In this document: positions 1-13,000 of the stretch, piece by piece | Position numbering within the stretch: position 1 is the first letter of the stretch | Layout of the letters: each line of letters begins with the position of its first letter | Origin: the human T2T-CHM13v2.0 reference genome, Homo sapiens | DNA: 64,000 nt | Assembly: GCF_009914755.1 (NCBI RefSeq) | Contig: NC_060934.1 | Reading direction: 5' to 3' (one strand) | Position numbers and translations under genes: made by a program | Notes under the pieces: model-generated | What the model saw: the letters and a program-made list of their open reading frames with translations, nothing else | Databases searched by the model: none | Told to the model about the DNA's origin: nothing

Positions 1-1199
1 GTTAGCGTGGACTCTGACAATCCAGGGCTCATAGGATCACGTTTCCAAAAGCGCCGAGGAAAGGAACTTCCCTTGACTATGCCCAGAAGGATCAACTTAC
101 TGTGTGTTTGCGATCAATCATAGCAAAGCTGCCTTATGTAACCTAAGCACGTCCTTGCCTTTGTTTTTGTTTTTTGTTTTTTTTCATGCCTTGACAAGTC
201 AAAGAAACAAGATTTGTAGTACTGTGTAGACTAACAACTGTTTCTCTTCTACAAGATAATTAATATATTTTATTTATTTTCTCTTCTAAAATAGTGAAAA
301 TAACCTTGGTTTAATACACATAATAAAGTACATTTTAATACTAATTGATGGATTAAATTTACAGGACAGTACATAGTATTGAATTTCCACTTATAACCTG
401 CTTTTGTTATAAAAATAATGAAACTCATTTTCTTAGATATAAATATATATACACACACATATATATATAAACTTATAGAAACAATAAGCTTCAAATTCAC
501 AGTACATGGCAAATATAGTCAATAGTTCTAGTGTAAGTCAAAAGAAAAATAATGTCCTTACTCTCTCTCTCTCAAAAACTGTGTCAGAATTCAACAGAGC
601 AATTGATTAGAAACCATACTCAACATATTTATTCACAAGTAGTAGTAAACTCAGAAAAAAATGTATTGGTAGCTTAATAATTTATATTTCCTATAAATCT
701 CATTTCTTACAACAACTTTTAAAAAGTGCCTTGACAAGCCAAGTATGTTCTTGAATATTTGAACAGATTGTCTTAAAATGTAGATGTTTTTTTCTGCCAT
801 CATCAGTGATTGTCATAGCAAACAGATGCAAATAGCATCTGCTTCCATGGCAGATGCCAGGATGGTACTAGCATCCTTAAAATGTCCACAGAGTCTGTCT
901 GGACAGTGATTAGCATTTTGTGGGCCCACTCGTGCTGTGTCAAGCTCTGCAGCAGTAGTAGAGATACTGTTAAACAACCCGATGTTTTATGATTACTAAT
1001 TATGGCAACAGTACTAAAATATAACAATGATCTTAATGATATGCCTCTTCAAATTATATTTAAACATTTCCCAATTACCCTTACACTAACTATAGCCAAT
1101 GAACAAGTTAAGAAAATTTAGGAGGAATAGATAAAAAGATGTACATTTTTAATTGTTTGTCCCATTCCTTCAGTTGTATTTGTCAGAAATACTATAACT

Positions 1200-1405
1200 A
1201 ACATTTATTGACTATTTCTTGTTTGTTTAGTTCTACATGAAACTTTTTATGCACATGGCCACATTATTTCCTAACAACAAATCCGTGAAGTCAGGATGAT
1301 TATCCCCATTTGTAAATAAGGAAACTGAAGCTTTCAAAGGTTGTAATACTGTGGACAGATTCCAAGAGCTGGAGAGGCAATATGCTGATCTAAGTCTGGA
1401 GTTCA
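1200..1405 (-). mobile_element. MIR SINE fragment
   Basis: attatccccatttgtaaataaggaaactgaagct resembles the reverse complement of the MIR core. Confidence 0.6.
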
Positions 1406-1414
1406 GGATGTGAT

Positions 1415-1901
1415 TGTGATAAACAAAATAATGGTCTCTCAAAGACATCTACATCTTAATCCCTGGGACCCGTGAATTTTTAAAGTTATATTGGCAAAAA
1501 AGAATCAAGGTTGCCAATAGAATTAAGATTCCCAATCAGCTGACCTTAAAATAGGGAGATTATCCTAGATTATTGGAGCAGGCCTAAAATCTGGAAAAGA
1601 GAGGCAGAAGAGGAGGTCAGAATGATGCTGTGTGGTAAGGAATCAACCTAGTATTGATATCTCTGGGTTTGAAGATGGAGGAAAGGGGCATGCATGGGCC
1701 AGGAAACGTGGGTGGCCTCTAGAAGCTAGAAAAGGGCAAGGAAACAGATTCACCCTAAGAGAAGGTCAGCACCTTGTGGACAATATCAACCCAGTGAGAT
1801 CTGTGTCACACTTCTGATCTACAGACTAAGATAAAGTATGTGTGGTGTAAAGCCATTACATTTGTGATAATTTGTCACAGCAGGATTAGGAAAGTAATAC
1901 A
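1415..1901 (+). mobile_element. MLT1D-like MaLR solo LTR
   Basis: TG...CA ends; aatcagctgaccttaaaatagggagattatcct and ctctagaagctagaaaagggcaaggaaacagatt motifs; near-TSD gtgat/ctgat. Confidence 0.8.
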
Positions 1902-2278
1902 CTGATGCAGATCTTTTTGAGTCAGAAACCGCATTTTAACCTCTGTACTTTTCAGTCAGTGATCAACCTCTGAATAAGAAGAAGGTTATCTACAAAGACC
2001 AAATAAGAAGCCCTTGGGAGTCAAAAGAAAGTAATCTAGGGGAAGTTTGACACTGATTCTATTTCTCCTACACTAATAAATCCACTTACATCTGGCAAAG
2101 GAACTAGGTAACAAATACGCTTTTATGTGCCCTCTATTGTCATTTTACAAAAAAATCACATATAAATTCAAATGGCTTATTTATATGCTTATTTTTCTAC
2201 TCTATCAGTTTGCCTTTTTCTTTAAAAATATACTTAAACACATGCCTTAGCAAGCAAAGTAAACCGTTAAGAGAGCAA

Positions 2279-2582
2279 GGCTGGTCGCGGGGGTTCATGC
2301 CTGTAATCATAGCACTCTGGGAGGAGTGTATCCAAAACGGGTGGATCACCTGAGGTCAGGAGTTTGAGACCAGCCTGGCCAACATAGTGAAACCTTGTCT
2401 CTACTAAAAATACAAAGAAATTAGCCGGGAGTGGTGGTGCGCGCCTGTAGTCTCAGATACTCAGGAGGCTGAAGCAGGAGAATTGTTTGAACCCTGAAGG
2501 CGGAGGTTGCAGCGAACAGAGATTGCACCAATGCACTCCCACCTGGGTGACAGAGTGAGACTCCATCTCATTAAAATAAAAT
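2279..2582 (+). mobile_element. Alu (AluS-like)
   Basis: Dimeric Alu with ggatcacctgaggtcaggagtttgagaccagcctggcc and an A-rich tail. Confidence 0.95.
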
Positions 2583-2917
2583 AGCAGTCAAGTGAAAATA
2601 ATAACTCAAAAGTATGGAGTCTGGAGTGAAGTTAGTAAATAAAGCACATGCCACTAAACATTTGGTAACAGTTGGCTATAAATCTTATTCAAGTTTTTTT
2701 TTTCTATAAGGCAACTTGAATAGAGAAATGTGATTACAGTATATAATAAGATTTATGGTTTCTGTAACATAAACCTAAATCTTTTTCTATTGATAGGGAA
2801 AGAATGGAAGCAAAGAAGGAAGAAGAGAAAATAGCACCCAATTTCTAACAACAAATTTGAATCTAGTAGGACAAACTTATGTTCCATGAAACTAAAGCCT
2901 CTTTCTAACTTATAATT

Positions 2918-3226
2918 ATTTTATTTTTAATTTAATTTTATTTTTTGAGAGAGGGCCTCACTCTTTCACCCAGGCTAGAGTGCAGTGGCAGGGTCAAAGC
3001 TCATGGCAGTCTTGCCTCCTCAAGTTCACATGATCCTCCCACCTCAGCTTCCCAAGTAGCTGGCACTGTTAGTATGTGCCACCATACCCAGCTATTTTAA
3101 AACATTTTTGTAGATGGGGTCTCACCGTGTTGCCCAGGCTAGTCTTGAAACCCTGGGCTTAAACAATACTTTTGCCTAGGCCTCCCAAAATGTTGGGATT
3201 ACAGATGTGAGCCCCTGGGTTTGGCC
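2918..3226 (-). mobile_element. Alu (AluJ-like)
   Basis: T-rich tail followed by diverged antisense Alu ending ggcc. Confidence 0.9.
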
Positions 3227-5839
3227 TATGATTAGTTTAGATGTCAAAACACTGAGCCACAAATTATGAACCCTTCTTTTTCATGAGTAATACAAGACAG
3301 AGGTAAAAATCAAAGGATGGATTACATATGTACTGCAGCCCATCCTGTGTTACCATTTTTTTCTTTGTCTTGTCTTTTTGCTATGTTGCAATAACAGCAT
3401 TATAATATTTGGGCTAGATTGATATTGCTGTATCACACAGACAAAATAGATATTTCAATATGATTGCTTCTGATCAATGGGCAAAGAGAAAAATTAGTTT
3501 TTTCTTCAGAGGTTTTTACTTCTCAAATTATTATTTTTGATAAAACTATGCTTGTGGTACAAACAATACCTTTCAAACAGCTCCAAGAGTATATAATAAA
3601 GTGTAAGTTTGTTTTTACATTCAGAACCTCTGTCTCTTATTACTTTTTACTTTGCTTCTACTCAGATCATATAGGGAGAATAGATCCTACAATTTTCAAT
3701 AAATGTCATTGGTCTGAACCTGGATCAAGCATAATGTTGAAGTGAGCTAGGCCGATTGGAGACATTCCATGGAGATATTTAATAAGAGCAGCAAGATTGA
3801 AGGGCTACTTTTGTTTTCATTCTATTGGGAATGTGAAGCCTTGGAGCCACGGCTATTGTGATATTTGGGAGAGTCTTACTTACAGGCGGTGGGAATGGAG
3901 GCAAAGGTAGAACCCAGGAGAAACATGAGGCTGTTAAAGACATTAGACTTCCTTGTTAAATATATCTCTGAGGCGTAATAGTGTCACTTTATATTCTGAA
4001 GTTTAATTTTATGAGCTAATAGATACTATCCATTCATCTATTTACCTTTCTATTTTTCTATCAACTATCTTTCTTTTTATTCTTCTACCCAAACCAATTT
4101 AAGTTGAATTTCTGTGATTTTCAACTGAAAGAGACATGACTAATAGAAAAATACTAGTTACACAAGTCCATCCTTCTAAGATACCATGTGGCAAACAAAA
4201 GGCTGAGTCTACTGATTCTGGAAGGAGCAGGTTGGGGTCTAAGCAGCAGAAAAGGTCTCTTGGCAGACACATATAGGTAGGGGCACAAAAATTGGACTGC
4301 ATCAGATGGACTGAACCCCAATCTTAATGGCCTGAACCCCAATCCTAATGGCCTGATGAGGAAATGAACATTATATTCAGTGTGTAAATATTATTTGCCA
4401 AGTTTTCCATTGTTCTTGTATATATATCCAGGATACAATCACAAAATATAAACTACTATATTAGGAAAAATAAGAACATATATTAATAGTATATAAACAA
4501 GACAAAAATGTAGTCATTGATGCAGATGCACAAAGGATCCAGATATTGGAGTTATTACATAAGGACTTTAGAATAATAATGATGTATTTATTAGAATTTA
4601 TTGCTATAAAAAGGGAAAACTATGTGAACATTTTGGGGAATTTTCTAGAACATTGGAAACTCTGAAGAGGAAATACTTAGATATTCTATAGCAGAAAGGC
4701 AAAAATTAAGATGTCCTTTCATTGGGTTTAACTATGGACTGAAGTTAGCTGCAGAACTTACCAGTTACTTTAAATACTGATCCATAAAAATTAATGCAGA
4801 AACACAAAGGTAAAAAATAATAAAAGTGTCTCTGATTTATAGTTTGGTGGCAAAAGGAAAAACATAGTTCTAATTGGATTTCAGGAAGAAGTAGAGCTGG
4901 TGAGTAAAGACATATTAGATGAGCTAATACCTGAGAATTTCCCAAACATTGAAGAAGTTCAGCAATTCCCAAATAGAACTGATATAAAGAAAACCACACT
5001 GAGGTATACAACTTAAAAGCACCTACAGAATATGGAAAAAGAAACATCGAAATGAGATATTTGGCTTTTCATCTGAAACAACAGAATGCAGATGTTTCCC
5101 ATCTTTCCCCTAGTAATTCCGTTTCCCTGTTATCTTTAAAGTGCTGTTAGAAAAATAGTCAAATAGAATTCTGTATTTTTAAAAAATATATCATTTTACA
5201 ATGAATATAAAATCTTTCCAGAAAGAGACAAAATGAGAAAAATTATATGTTCAGCAGATTTGCACTAGAAAAAAATATTAAAAGCATTGATGGTAAATGA
5301 TACCAAAAGAAACCCAAAACACAGGGGAAAATGAAGACTGCTGGAAAGGGAAAAGGTAAACGTATAGGTGACTACAAAAGGGCATTTTACTATAAATTTG
5401 CTAATTTCTTAACATTTATGGAGTATTTAAAGAAAACTTAACAAAATGCATCATGAATTTATAAAGCATGGAGATATAAAATAGAGGATAACTAAAAATA
5501 CAGGAGTAAGTAGGGTAGAATTTTACCATTGAAAGGTTTTTACTTTCTTATAGTGGTAAACATTTTTGAACAAGGACTGGGGTCAGTTAAGTATGCATAT
5601 CATATTGTTTTGTAACCTTTAGAAGTTAAGCCAAATTGATATTTAAAAAAGTCTACAGAGAATATAAATTTAAATGCTTAAAGTATTTAACCCAAACGAA
5701 GGTAGGAATAAAGAAACAAACTAAAAAGGCACAAAAATAGAGGCACAACACATTGAAAAACAAATAAGATGACAATAACCATTTTCTTGGCCACAGTAAA
5801 TATTAAATAACTAAACAATTCAATTCAAAGTAGAGATTT

Positions 5840-6133
5840 TGAGCCAGGCGTGGTGGCTCATGCCAGTAATCCTAGCACTTTGGGAGACCAAGGCGGGTGG
5901 ATCACGAGGACAGGAGTTTGAGACCAGCCTGGCTAACATGGTGAAACCCCATCTCTACTAAAAATACAAAAATTAGCCGGTCATGGTGGCAGACATCTGT
6001 AATCCCAGCTACTCAGGAGGCTGAGGCAGGAGAATCGCTTGAACCTGGGAGGAGGAGATGGAGTGAGCAGAGATCGCACTACCGTACTCCAGTTTGGGAG
6101 ACAGGACAAGACTCCTTCTCAAAAAAAAAAAAA
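5840..6133 (+). mobile_element. Alu (AluSg-like)
   Basis: ggatcacgagg short variant, full dimer, poly(A) tail. Confidence 0.95.
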
Positions 6134-6839
6134 ATCAGATATTTTCAAACTGGATTTTTAAAAAAAAGCTTTATATATTCCATATATAAGAAAAATAGCT
6201 TAAGTATAAGGATACAGCCAAGAAGAATGCAGAAGATTGGAAAGATTATACCGTGCAAACAGTAAACCCAAGTCCATGTGACTATATTAATGTCAGATAA
6301 GGTAGATATCAAGAAAAAAGAGTATTTCGTGGGATGAAGAGGAACACCAATAAAAATAAAAGATCAATATTTTTATGAACCCAGTGGCAGAAATTGAAAA
6401 TACATAAAGCAAAATTTGATAGAAATAAAATAATATACTGAAATGTAGCTGGAATTTTAACACCTTTCTCTGTTAGTAATTGACAAAAGGAAACAAAATA
6501 TAAGTAGAGTATAGAAGATTTCAACATGATCAATCAATTTTAGCTAATTGACATTTATAGAATAATATTACCAACAACTACATAGTTTGAATTTATTTAT
6601 TTATGAAACATTACCCGTAGTAGGTTATCTGCAGAGACATAAAATGTCTCAAAATTTTAAATAAATAAACATGACATAGAGTAAATTTTTAACCACAAGC
6701 AATTAAATTATAAATAATTTTAATAAGATATCTAAAACTTCAAGAAGCATGAAACTACCATGAAGATATTTAAAAATTATGTGACACTCTTCTAAAACTG
6801 TATAGATCAAAGAACTAATTGCAAGGAAAATGTGTATTT

Positions 6840-6915
6840 TACACATATATATGCACATATATATTTATGTATGTATATATATACATATGTATACACACAT
6901 AAATATACACACAGT
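6840..6915. repeat. (TA/CA) degenerate microsatellite
   Basis: acacatatatatgcacatatatatttatgtatgtatatatatacatatg. Confidence 0.8.
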
Positions 6916-7045
6916 ATATTTTTTAAACAAGGTAATACTGAAAACATGATGTATTGAATGAAAACATATGTGAGAGTCTGCCCAAAAAATGATTAAAGAG
7001 AACTTTAATGATTTTTCCAAAGTTTTTATTCTTTTTCTGGTCTCT

Positions 7046-7420
7046 TTTGCAGATACAGTTAAGTTCTCTACCCTCAGATTCCACTCTTGGTCCTTTGCCT
7101 GTTTTATCTCTGAATGTTTCCCATCTTTCCCCTAGTTATTCCCTGTTTTTCAGGGGCTGACTACTGCAAATTATATTTCTTCAAGTTCGTTTGCCAACTG
7201 ACTTCAGATCAGATTCAGTCAATGAAAGCTAGTGTGTAGGAGATTGGCCGGTGCCCAAAGAGTAACAGCTAGGTTGTTCCTCCTACTTTGCCTCGGCTAT
7301 GGGTAGCATCTACACCATTACCTGTCCTCTAAATGGTTCTAGCTTCCATCAGGGAACCCTGGCTCCTTGTCTTTAGTAGCTTGACCTTCTCCCTTTATAC
7401 TTTCAACCTGTTTCTGATTA
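7046..7420 (+). mobile_element. LTR16/LTR33-family ERVL LTR fragment
   Basis: ctgcaaattatatttcttc...tttgccaactgacttc...ggagattgg resembles the LTR16/33 core. Confidence 0.55.
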
Positions 7421-8929
7421 TAATTTGACTTCTCATATAGAGTAATCAGAGGGAGACAATCTACCGATTTCAACCAATTACTATTCTCTATGATATATTT
7501 TATTTATTTATGATACTATAAGACTGCATTTTATGTGTGTTTTAAGCATGAGTCAGCCCCTCAAAATTTGACAAAAGCAGCATTGGTATCTTCCAAAAGG
7601 AAGGTCAGATCCTGATGTGTGGTAAACTAATTAACATGAGATCTATGACCTAAAGGCTTAAGGTTTTACTTTGATGATTGTTATTTTTATAATTCTGAGT
7701 ATCAGTGTTCAACATATTTGATGGCTATCCTCATCAAATGATCCTAATTTATTTACTCACTCATTTATGTACTCTTTGAAAATATGTATTGACATCTTCT
7801 GTGTCCCTATCCTCATACATATCTCAGTCTTGTTGCAACAGAGAAAAGCATATGGTGAAACAAGGAGTTGGCCCATTCTTGACAACTTGTGCAGATACGA
7901 GTGTTTTGAAAGGGGAAGAAACTGGGAATGCAATTTTCTTAGTGTGGTGAGCTATTCTGCAATATTATAACAGATTCAATATTTAAAGAGCTGCAACTCA
8001 AAATGAATAAGATAAATTGAAGTGTTGTGATTTAAGTGCAAATTAAATTCTCAAAAACATTCAAATATAGGTTTTGCCTGTAATTAACAAAGCAAAGAGA
8101 GAGTGTAAATCTTATGTGGTGATTAGACTGGTCTATGGTAAAACTGTGGTAGCTGGTAATTTATTTTTCTATGTCAGGAAAAAAATTGAAAACAAATATA
8201 GTAAACAGCAATTAATGTTTTATGATTTGTAAGTAAAGTTATATTTTTAAGATTGAAGCCTCGCTTACCATTCTCAAAGAGCCATTTCAAGCCTTGAATC
8301 TCTCAGGGCTTCAGTCTGAATTATTATAACTTTCCAGTTTGAGAACATTTTTCATTTATTCAACATTTAAATTGTATGATATTGTATTTTCAGGAACAAT
8401 TATGTTTATTTTTTATATGAAATAAAAGTGGACAAAATATTAACTGATAATTTTAAAACTATTATAATGACAAATACAAGGCATATCATAATTATGTGTG
8501 AATAAAAAGAGAAATGCCTGTAAAATTATAATAAATCATTCAAATATCTTAAAAGCAAAATGCATAAAAGGTAGAATGTGTATATTTTCAATTGAATGAC
8601 CGTTTTTTAATTAAAAGAAATAAGAGGATTCTTAAAACATTCAATTAGAAACTAGGGATTTTCAGCTTTTCCCTTGATTCTATTAGAAATGTAAAACAAA
8701 ATAAATTTAAATTCAAAAACATGACAGACCCTTCATAATGTATTCTCTGCCTACTGATTCCATGTCACTTCTAATTTCTCCCTCCATACAAAATATGTTG
8801 AAATTACACTAAATCTTTGCCTTCTGTGCTTTTATTTTAACACACTCTATCATCTTTGCAGTTGAAATTTTCTCTGTTCATATAACTTGCCTTCTTTCTT
8901 CCACTTTATGGTTTAGCATCTTTTTATCT

Positions 8930-9235
8930 TTCTTGGATCATCTAAGGTTTAGCTTTCTTGTGGAAATCTACATTGGCTGCACTTCCTAGATATTCCCATT
9001 GGGCCTTGAGTTCCTCTTATAGCACTTCCTACACTGCGATGTGTTGCCACGCTTACTAACATAGCTAACCTATTATACAGTAAAAACAGTTAGGGGACAG
9101 TTAGGGTAAAAAGACTAAAGTGGGTAAAGTTAGGGTTTGGGTTACAATACTAGTTGTATCTTGATTTGCTAGCATAGCATACATACTAGTCACCAAGTAT
9201 ATATTTATTGAATATATCTATAAATAAATCAATAA
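8930..9235 (+). mobile_element. L2 3' fragment
   Basis: Ends in an L2-like tail tagtcaccaagtatatatttattgaat. Confidence 0.5.
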
Positions 9236-9309
9236 TAACTTTTAAAACATGGACCTTTGGTTTGTATCTTATAAAAAGCTTCTCTAAAATATATGAAAGT
9301 TCTCACTGA

Positions 9310-9644
<335 letters not shown>

Positions 9645-9802
9645 TTGCTTTGATTTCTTAGTCTTCTTAAGCTCTGGTCCTTAATATTTGAGAATGTCTG
9701 GCAGGATCCATGAATTTTAAATTTTAAAATTTGTATAAGCCCAAAATTTGCATGCAGTTTGCATGGAATTTTGCAAAATGTATGGAAATCCTGAGGTCTG
9801 GC

Positions 9803-10108
9803 TTTTTTTTTTCTTTTTTTTTTTTGGCAGTGTCTCATTCTGTCACCCAGGCTGGGATGTGGTGGTGTTATGGTAGCTTACTGTAACCTTGAACTGCTGG
9901 GCTCAAGCAATCCTCCAGGCTCAGCTTCTGAGTAGCTAAGATTAAAGGCATGTGACACCATGCCCAGCTTATTTTATTTTATTTTTTTTCAGAGACAAAA
10001 TCTTGCATTGTTTCCCAATCTGGTCTCAAACTCCTGTCCTCAAAGTGATCCTCTGGTCTAGGCCTCCCAAAGGGCTGGGATTCCAAACATGAGCGGTTGT
10101 GCTCAGCC
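9803..10108 (-). mobile_element. Alu (AluJ-like)
   Basis: Poly(T) plus diverged antisense dimer; flanks tgaggtctggct / tgaggttctggct. Confidence 0.9.
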
Positions 10109-10479
10109 TTGAGGTTCTGGCTGTAATCTGGCTGTTATTTATGGAAACAACAGAAGTTCTTGGTATTACCAGTCATTCTTCTTGAGACAGTCACCCCACA
10201 AGACTGAGATGAATATAGTTAAGAACTGAAAGTGAGGTCATTATGGCAGAACAGAATTGACAGTGCACATTAAAAGACATTACACACTTTGGGTGATTCA
10301 ACTAAATCATAGTCTAAAATGCAGTTACAAAATGGTAATGTTCAAAAGATCATTTATTAGGCAAAGTTACAAGAAGGGTCCTGGTTATGTTGGTAAAAAT
10401 TGAGGTATCTGTGATTATCCATCTTCAAATTATTTGTTAAATGCTTATTAAGATAAAAAAGTTACATTTCAAAAGTATT

Positions 10480-11013
10480 TATATTATTCGTCAATTCCTG
10501 CATAACAAATTATCCCAAAATAAAGTATAATAATAAAATTTAAAAAAAAGATAAGAAACATATTCTTCATGACCAAAAAAAAAAAAAAAAAAAACAGCCT
10601 TTATTATCTCAAAGTCTCTGCGGGGCAGGAATCTGGGCATGGCTTATCTGGGTCTTCTATTCAGAGACTGTCACAAGTTATAATCAATCTCACTCACATG
10701 CTTGTTGGTAGATTCAGTACTTTGACAGGTGTTGTCCAGAATTCCATATAATGTGAGCCTCTCCAGCATGGAAGCTTTCTTCATCAAAATGTGCAAAGCC
10801 AAAAAAAAAAAAAAAGCCATTGAAAAGAGTCAAAGACAGAAGTCACATCTTTTGTCACCTAATCACAGAATCAACATCTCATCATGTTTGCTGTATTCTA
10901 TGCAATAGCAGCAAGCCAATAGATCCAGCTCACACACATGGGGAGGGTATTAGACAAGGGCTGGAATCCCAGGAGATGGAGACCATTAAAAACTATGTTA
11001 ATCTGCCGATTAC
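10480..11013 (-). mobile_element. MLT1F-like MaLR LTR
   Basis: gcataacaaattatcccaaaa, gggcaggaatctgggcatggctta, tccagctcacacacatggggagggt motifs. Confidence 0.7.
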
Positions 11014-11961
11014 AGTAGTTTGTCAAAGAATCCTGAGATAAAAATTCTGGGCTCAAAGTTCTTATAAGGCACTTAGGCAGGACAATAAAGGAACAGAAAA
11101 TAGTACTATATTAATTTTACTGATTTACTAATACTAATATACTGGTATAATGTACTAAAACAGTATACTACATTTTTGGTAATTTGTTCCAGAAGTAATA
11201 GAAAAAAATCCAAATATTAAATGTTAAAGCATATTATAATTCTGTGATAATTAACTCTGTAATTTAAAAAGTCTAATATAGGAATATACCTAAAAAGAAT
11301 GCTTTAAAAATATACTTTATTTCCTAACTAATATATCAAAATGGAGCCTTCACATATGAAATTAGTAAAATATTTTTGACCTAATAATTTCATTTTTAGC
11401 TTTTCACTAAGAAGTAATATTGTTTGAAAAATATTATGTACCAAGGAGTTTATAACATGCAGTTGTAGTTAGGTAAAATTTAAAATTAAAATTGTGCAAT
11501 AAATGTATGTAAAAACAAAATAATATAGGAATCTAAATAGCCCTATATAAAAAGGCAAACATAAAATTAAAAATTAGCATTAACCAAAAATATGCTCTGA
11601 AGTATGTCCCCTGACTAAATTTACTTAATTTAGTTTCTTTTGGAAAAAAATTTAAATAATTGTATTTGCTAGTAAGAGAAGGTAGACCATTATTTGCCCA
11701 TTTGTTATCAGAAGTAAAACAAGACATTTATGTTTTCAGAAGTAAAACAAATACAATATTTTCTAAGTAATAAGGTTGAGACAAGAAAAAAACAGCAATG
11801 AGTCAAAATGTCTATTTACATGCTTTTACAGGAAAACAAGACTTAGCTACTTTCTTCCCAAAAAAAAGAATTTAAGTAGAAATGTTATTGTTTTACTAAA
11901 AGTAAATACATTTTACATACTTCTCTCATAATTTTAATCTGGAGTTCAGTTATGGTGATCA

Positions 11962-12346
11962 TATTAGTCAGTGTTTTCCAGAGAAACAGAACCAATAGGA
12001 GAGAGAAAGAGATGGGGAGATGAAATAAGGAATTGTTTAGTATGATTGTAGGGGAAAAGACATCCCAAGATCTGCAATCAGCAATCTGGAGACTCAGGAG
12101 AGATGGTGGCATAGCTCCAGTGTGAAAGCTGGCAGGCAGGTTTGACACTAAATAAAAGCCAAAGTTTCAGTTTGAGTCCAAAGGCAGGAAGAGACCTATG
12201 TCCCATCTCAATGCATTCAGGTAGGAGGAAGTTCCTTCTTACACCTAGGAAAGTCAGCCTTTTTATTCTATTCAAGACTTCCACTGATTGGATGGGACCC
12301 ATCCACATCATTGGGGAAGTCTTCTTTACTTGGTCTACGAATTCAA
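11962..12346 (-). mobile_element. MLT2 (ERVL) LTR fragment
   Basis: tattagtcagtgttttccagagaaacagaaccaatagga is the antisense MLT2 3' end; ctgattggatgggacccatccacat. Confidence 0.8.
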
Positions 12347-12657
12347 TACAGAAAAAGATATACATAAGACATCATTTAAATTTTTTAAAAATCATTTCTA
12401 ATCAAATTGTAGCATTTTAATTTTGTTTTTAGAGTTTTGTAAGTGTCCTTAATTTTTCAGCTTATTCTTAAAAAATCAATTTCACTTTATTCAAAATTGC
12501 CTTTTGGAAAACATTAAATGGTGGCCCATATAATCTTAGACTTTACATGCTTTTTGATAAATATAACATTAAAAGTAGCTTGTGTAGCAATTTAAATTAC
12601 ATATATAAGATGTACATATATTATCCTCCAGAGGAAATAAAACCATTAAGAACTCTG

Positions 12658-13000
12658 ATTTAGTCAGGGTTCTCCAGAGAAACAGAACTGATAGGAAACG
12701 TGTGTGTGTGTGTGTGTGTGTATACATATGTGTATGAACATATATATGTGTGTGTATATACACACATATATACACACACATATGTATATACACATATGTA
12801 TATACACACAAACACACATATGTATACATATATATAGAAAGAGAGAGAGAGAGAGAAGAAGAAGTGAAGAGAAGACATTTATTAGGAGAATTGGCTTATC
12901 TGATTTCAGAGGCTAAGAAATCTCATAATAGGCCATGTGCAAGCTGGAGAACCAAGAAAGTTGTTAGCGTGGCTCAGTCCAAATTCAGAGGCCTTTCCAG
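12658..13000 (-). mobile_element. MLT2 (ERVL) LTR 3' fragment with internal microsatellite
   Basis: ttagtcagggttctccagagaaacagaac...gcaagctggagaaccaagaaag...gctcagtccaa. Confidence 0.8.
12700..12870. repeat. Compound (TG)/(TA)/(CA)/(GA) microsatellite
   Basis: Visible directly; source of several spurious ORFs. Confidence 0.95.

Larger units (their letters stand above)
4400..7010 (+). mobile_element. Old L1M fragment (ORF1 to ORF2 endonuclease region), interrupted by an Alu
   Basis: A-rich sense strand; relics such as tgagaatttcccaaa, atctttaaagtgctg, actatattaatgtcagataaggtagat, ctaattgacatttatagaa. Confidence 0.65.

Noticed and set aside
11699-11752. Repeated tcagaagtaaaacaa with 28-bp period, superficially repeat-spacer-like
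   Set aside because: Only two copies; ordinary tandem duplication in a eukaryotic genome, not CRISPR
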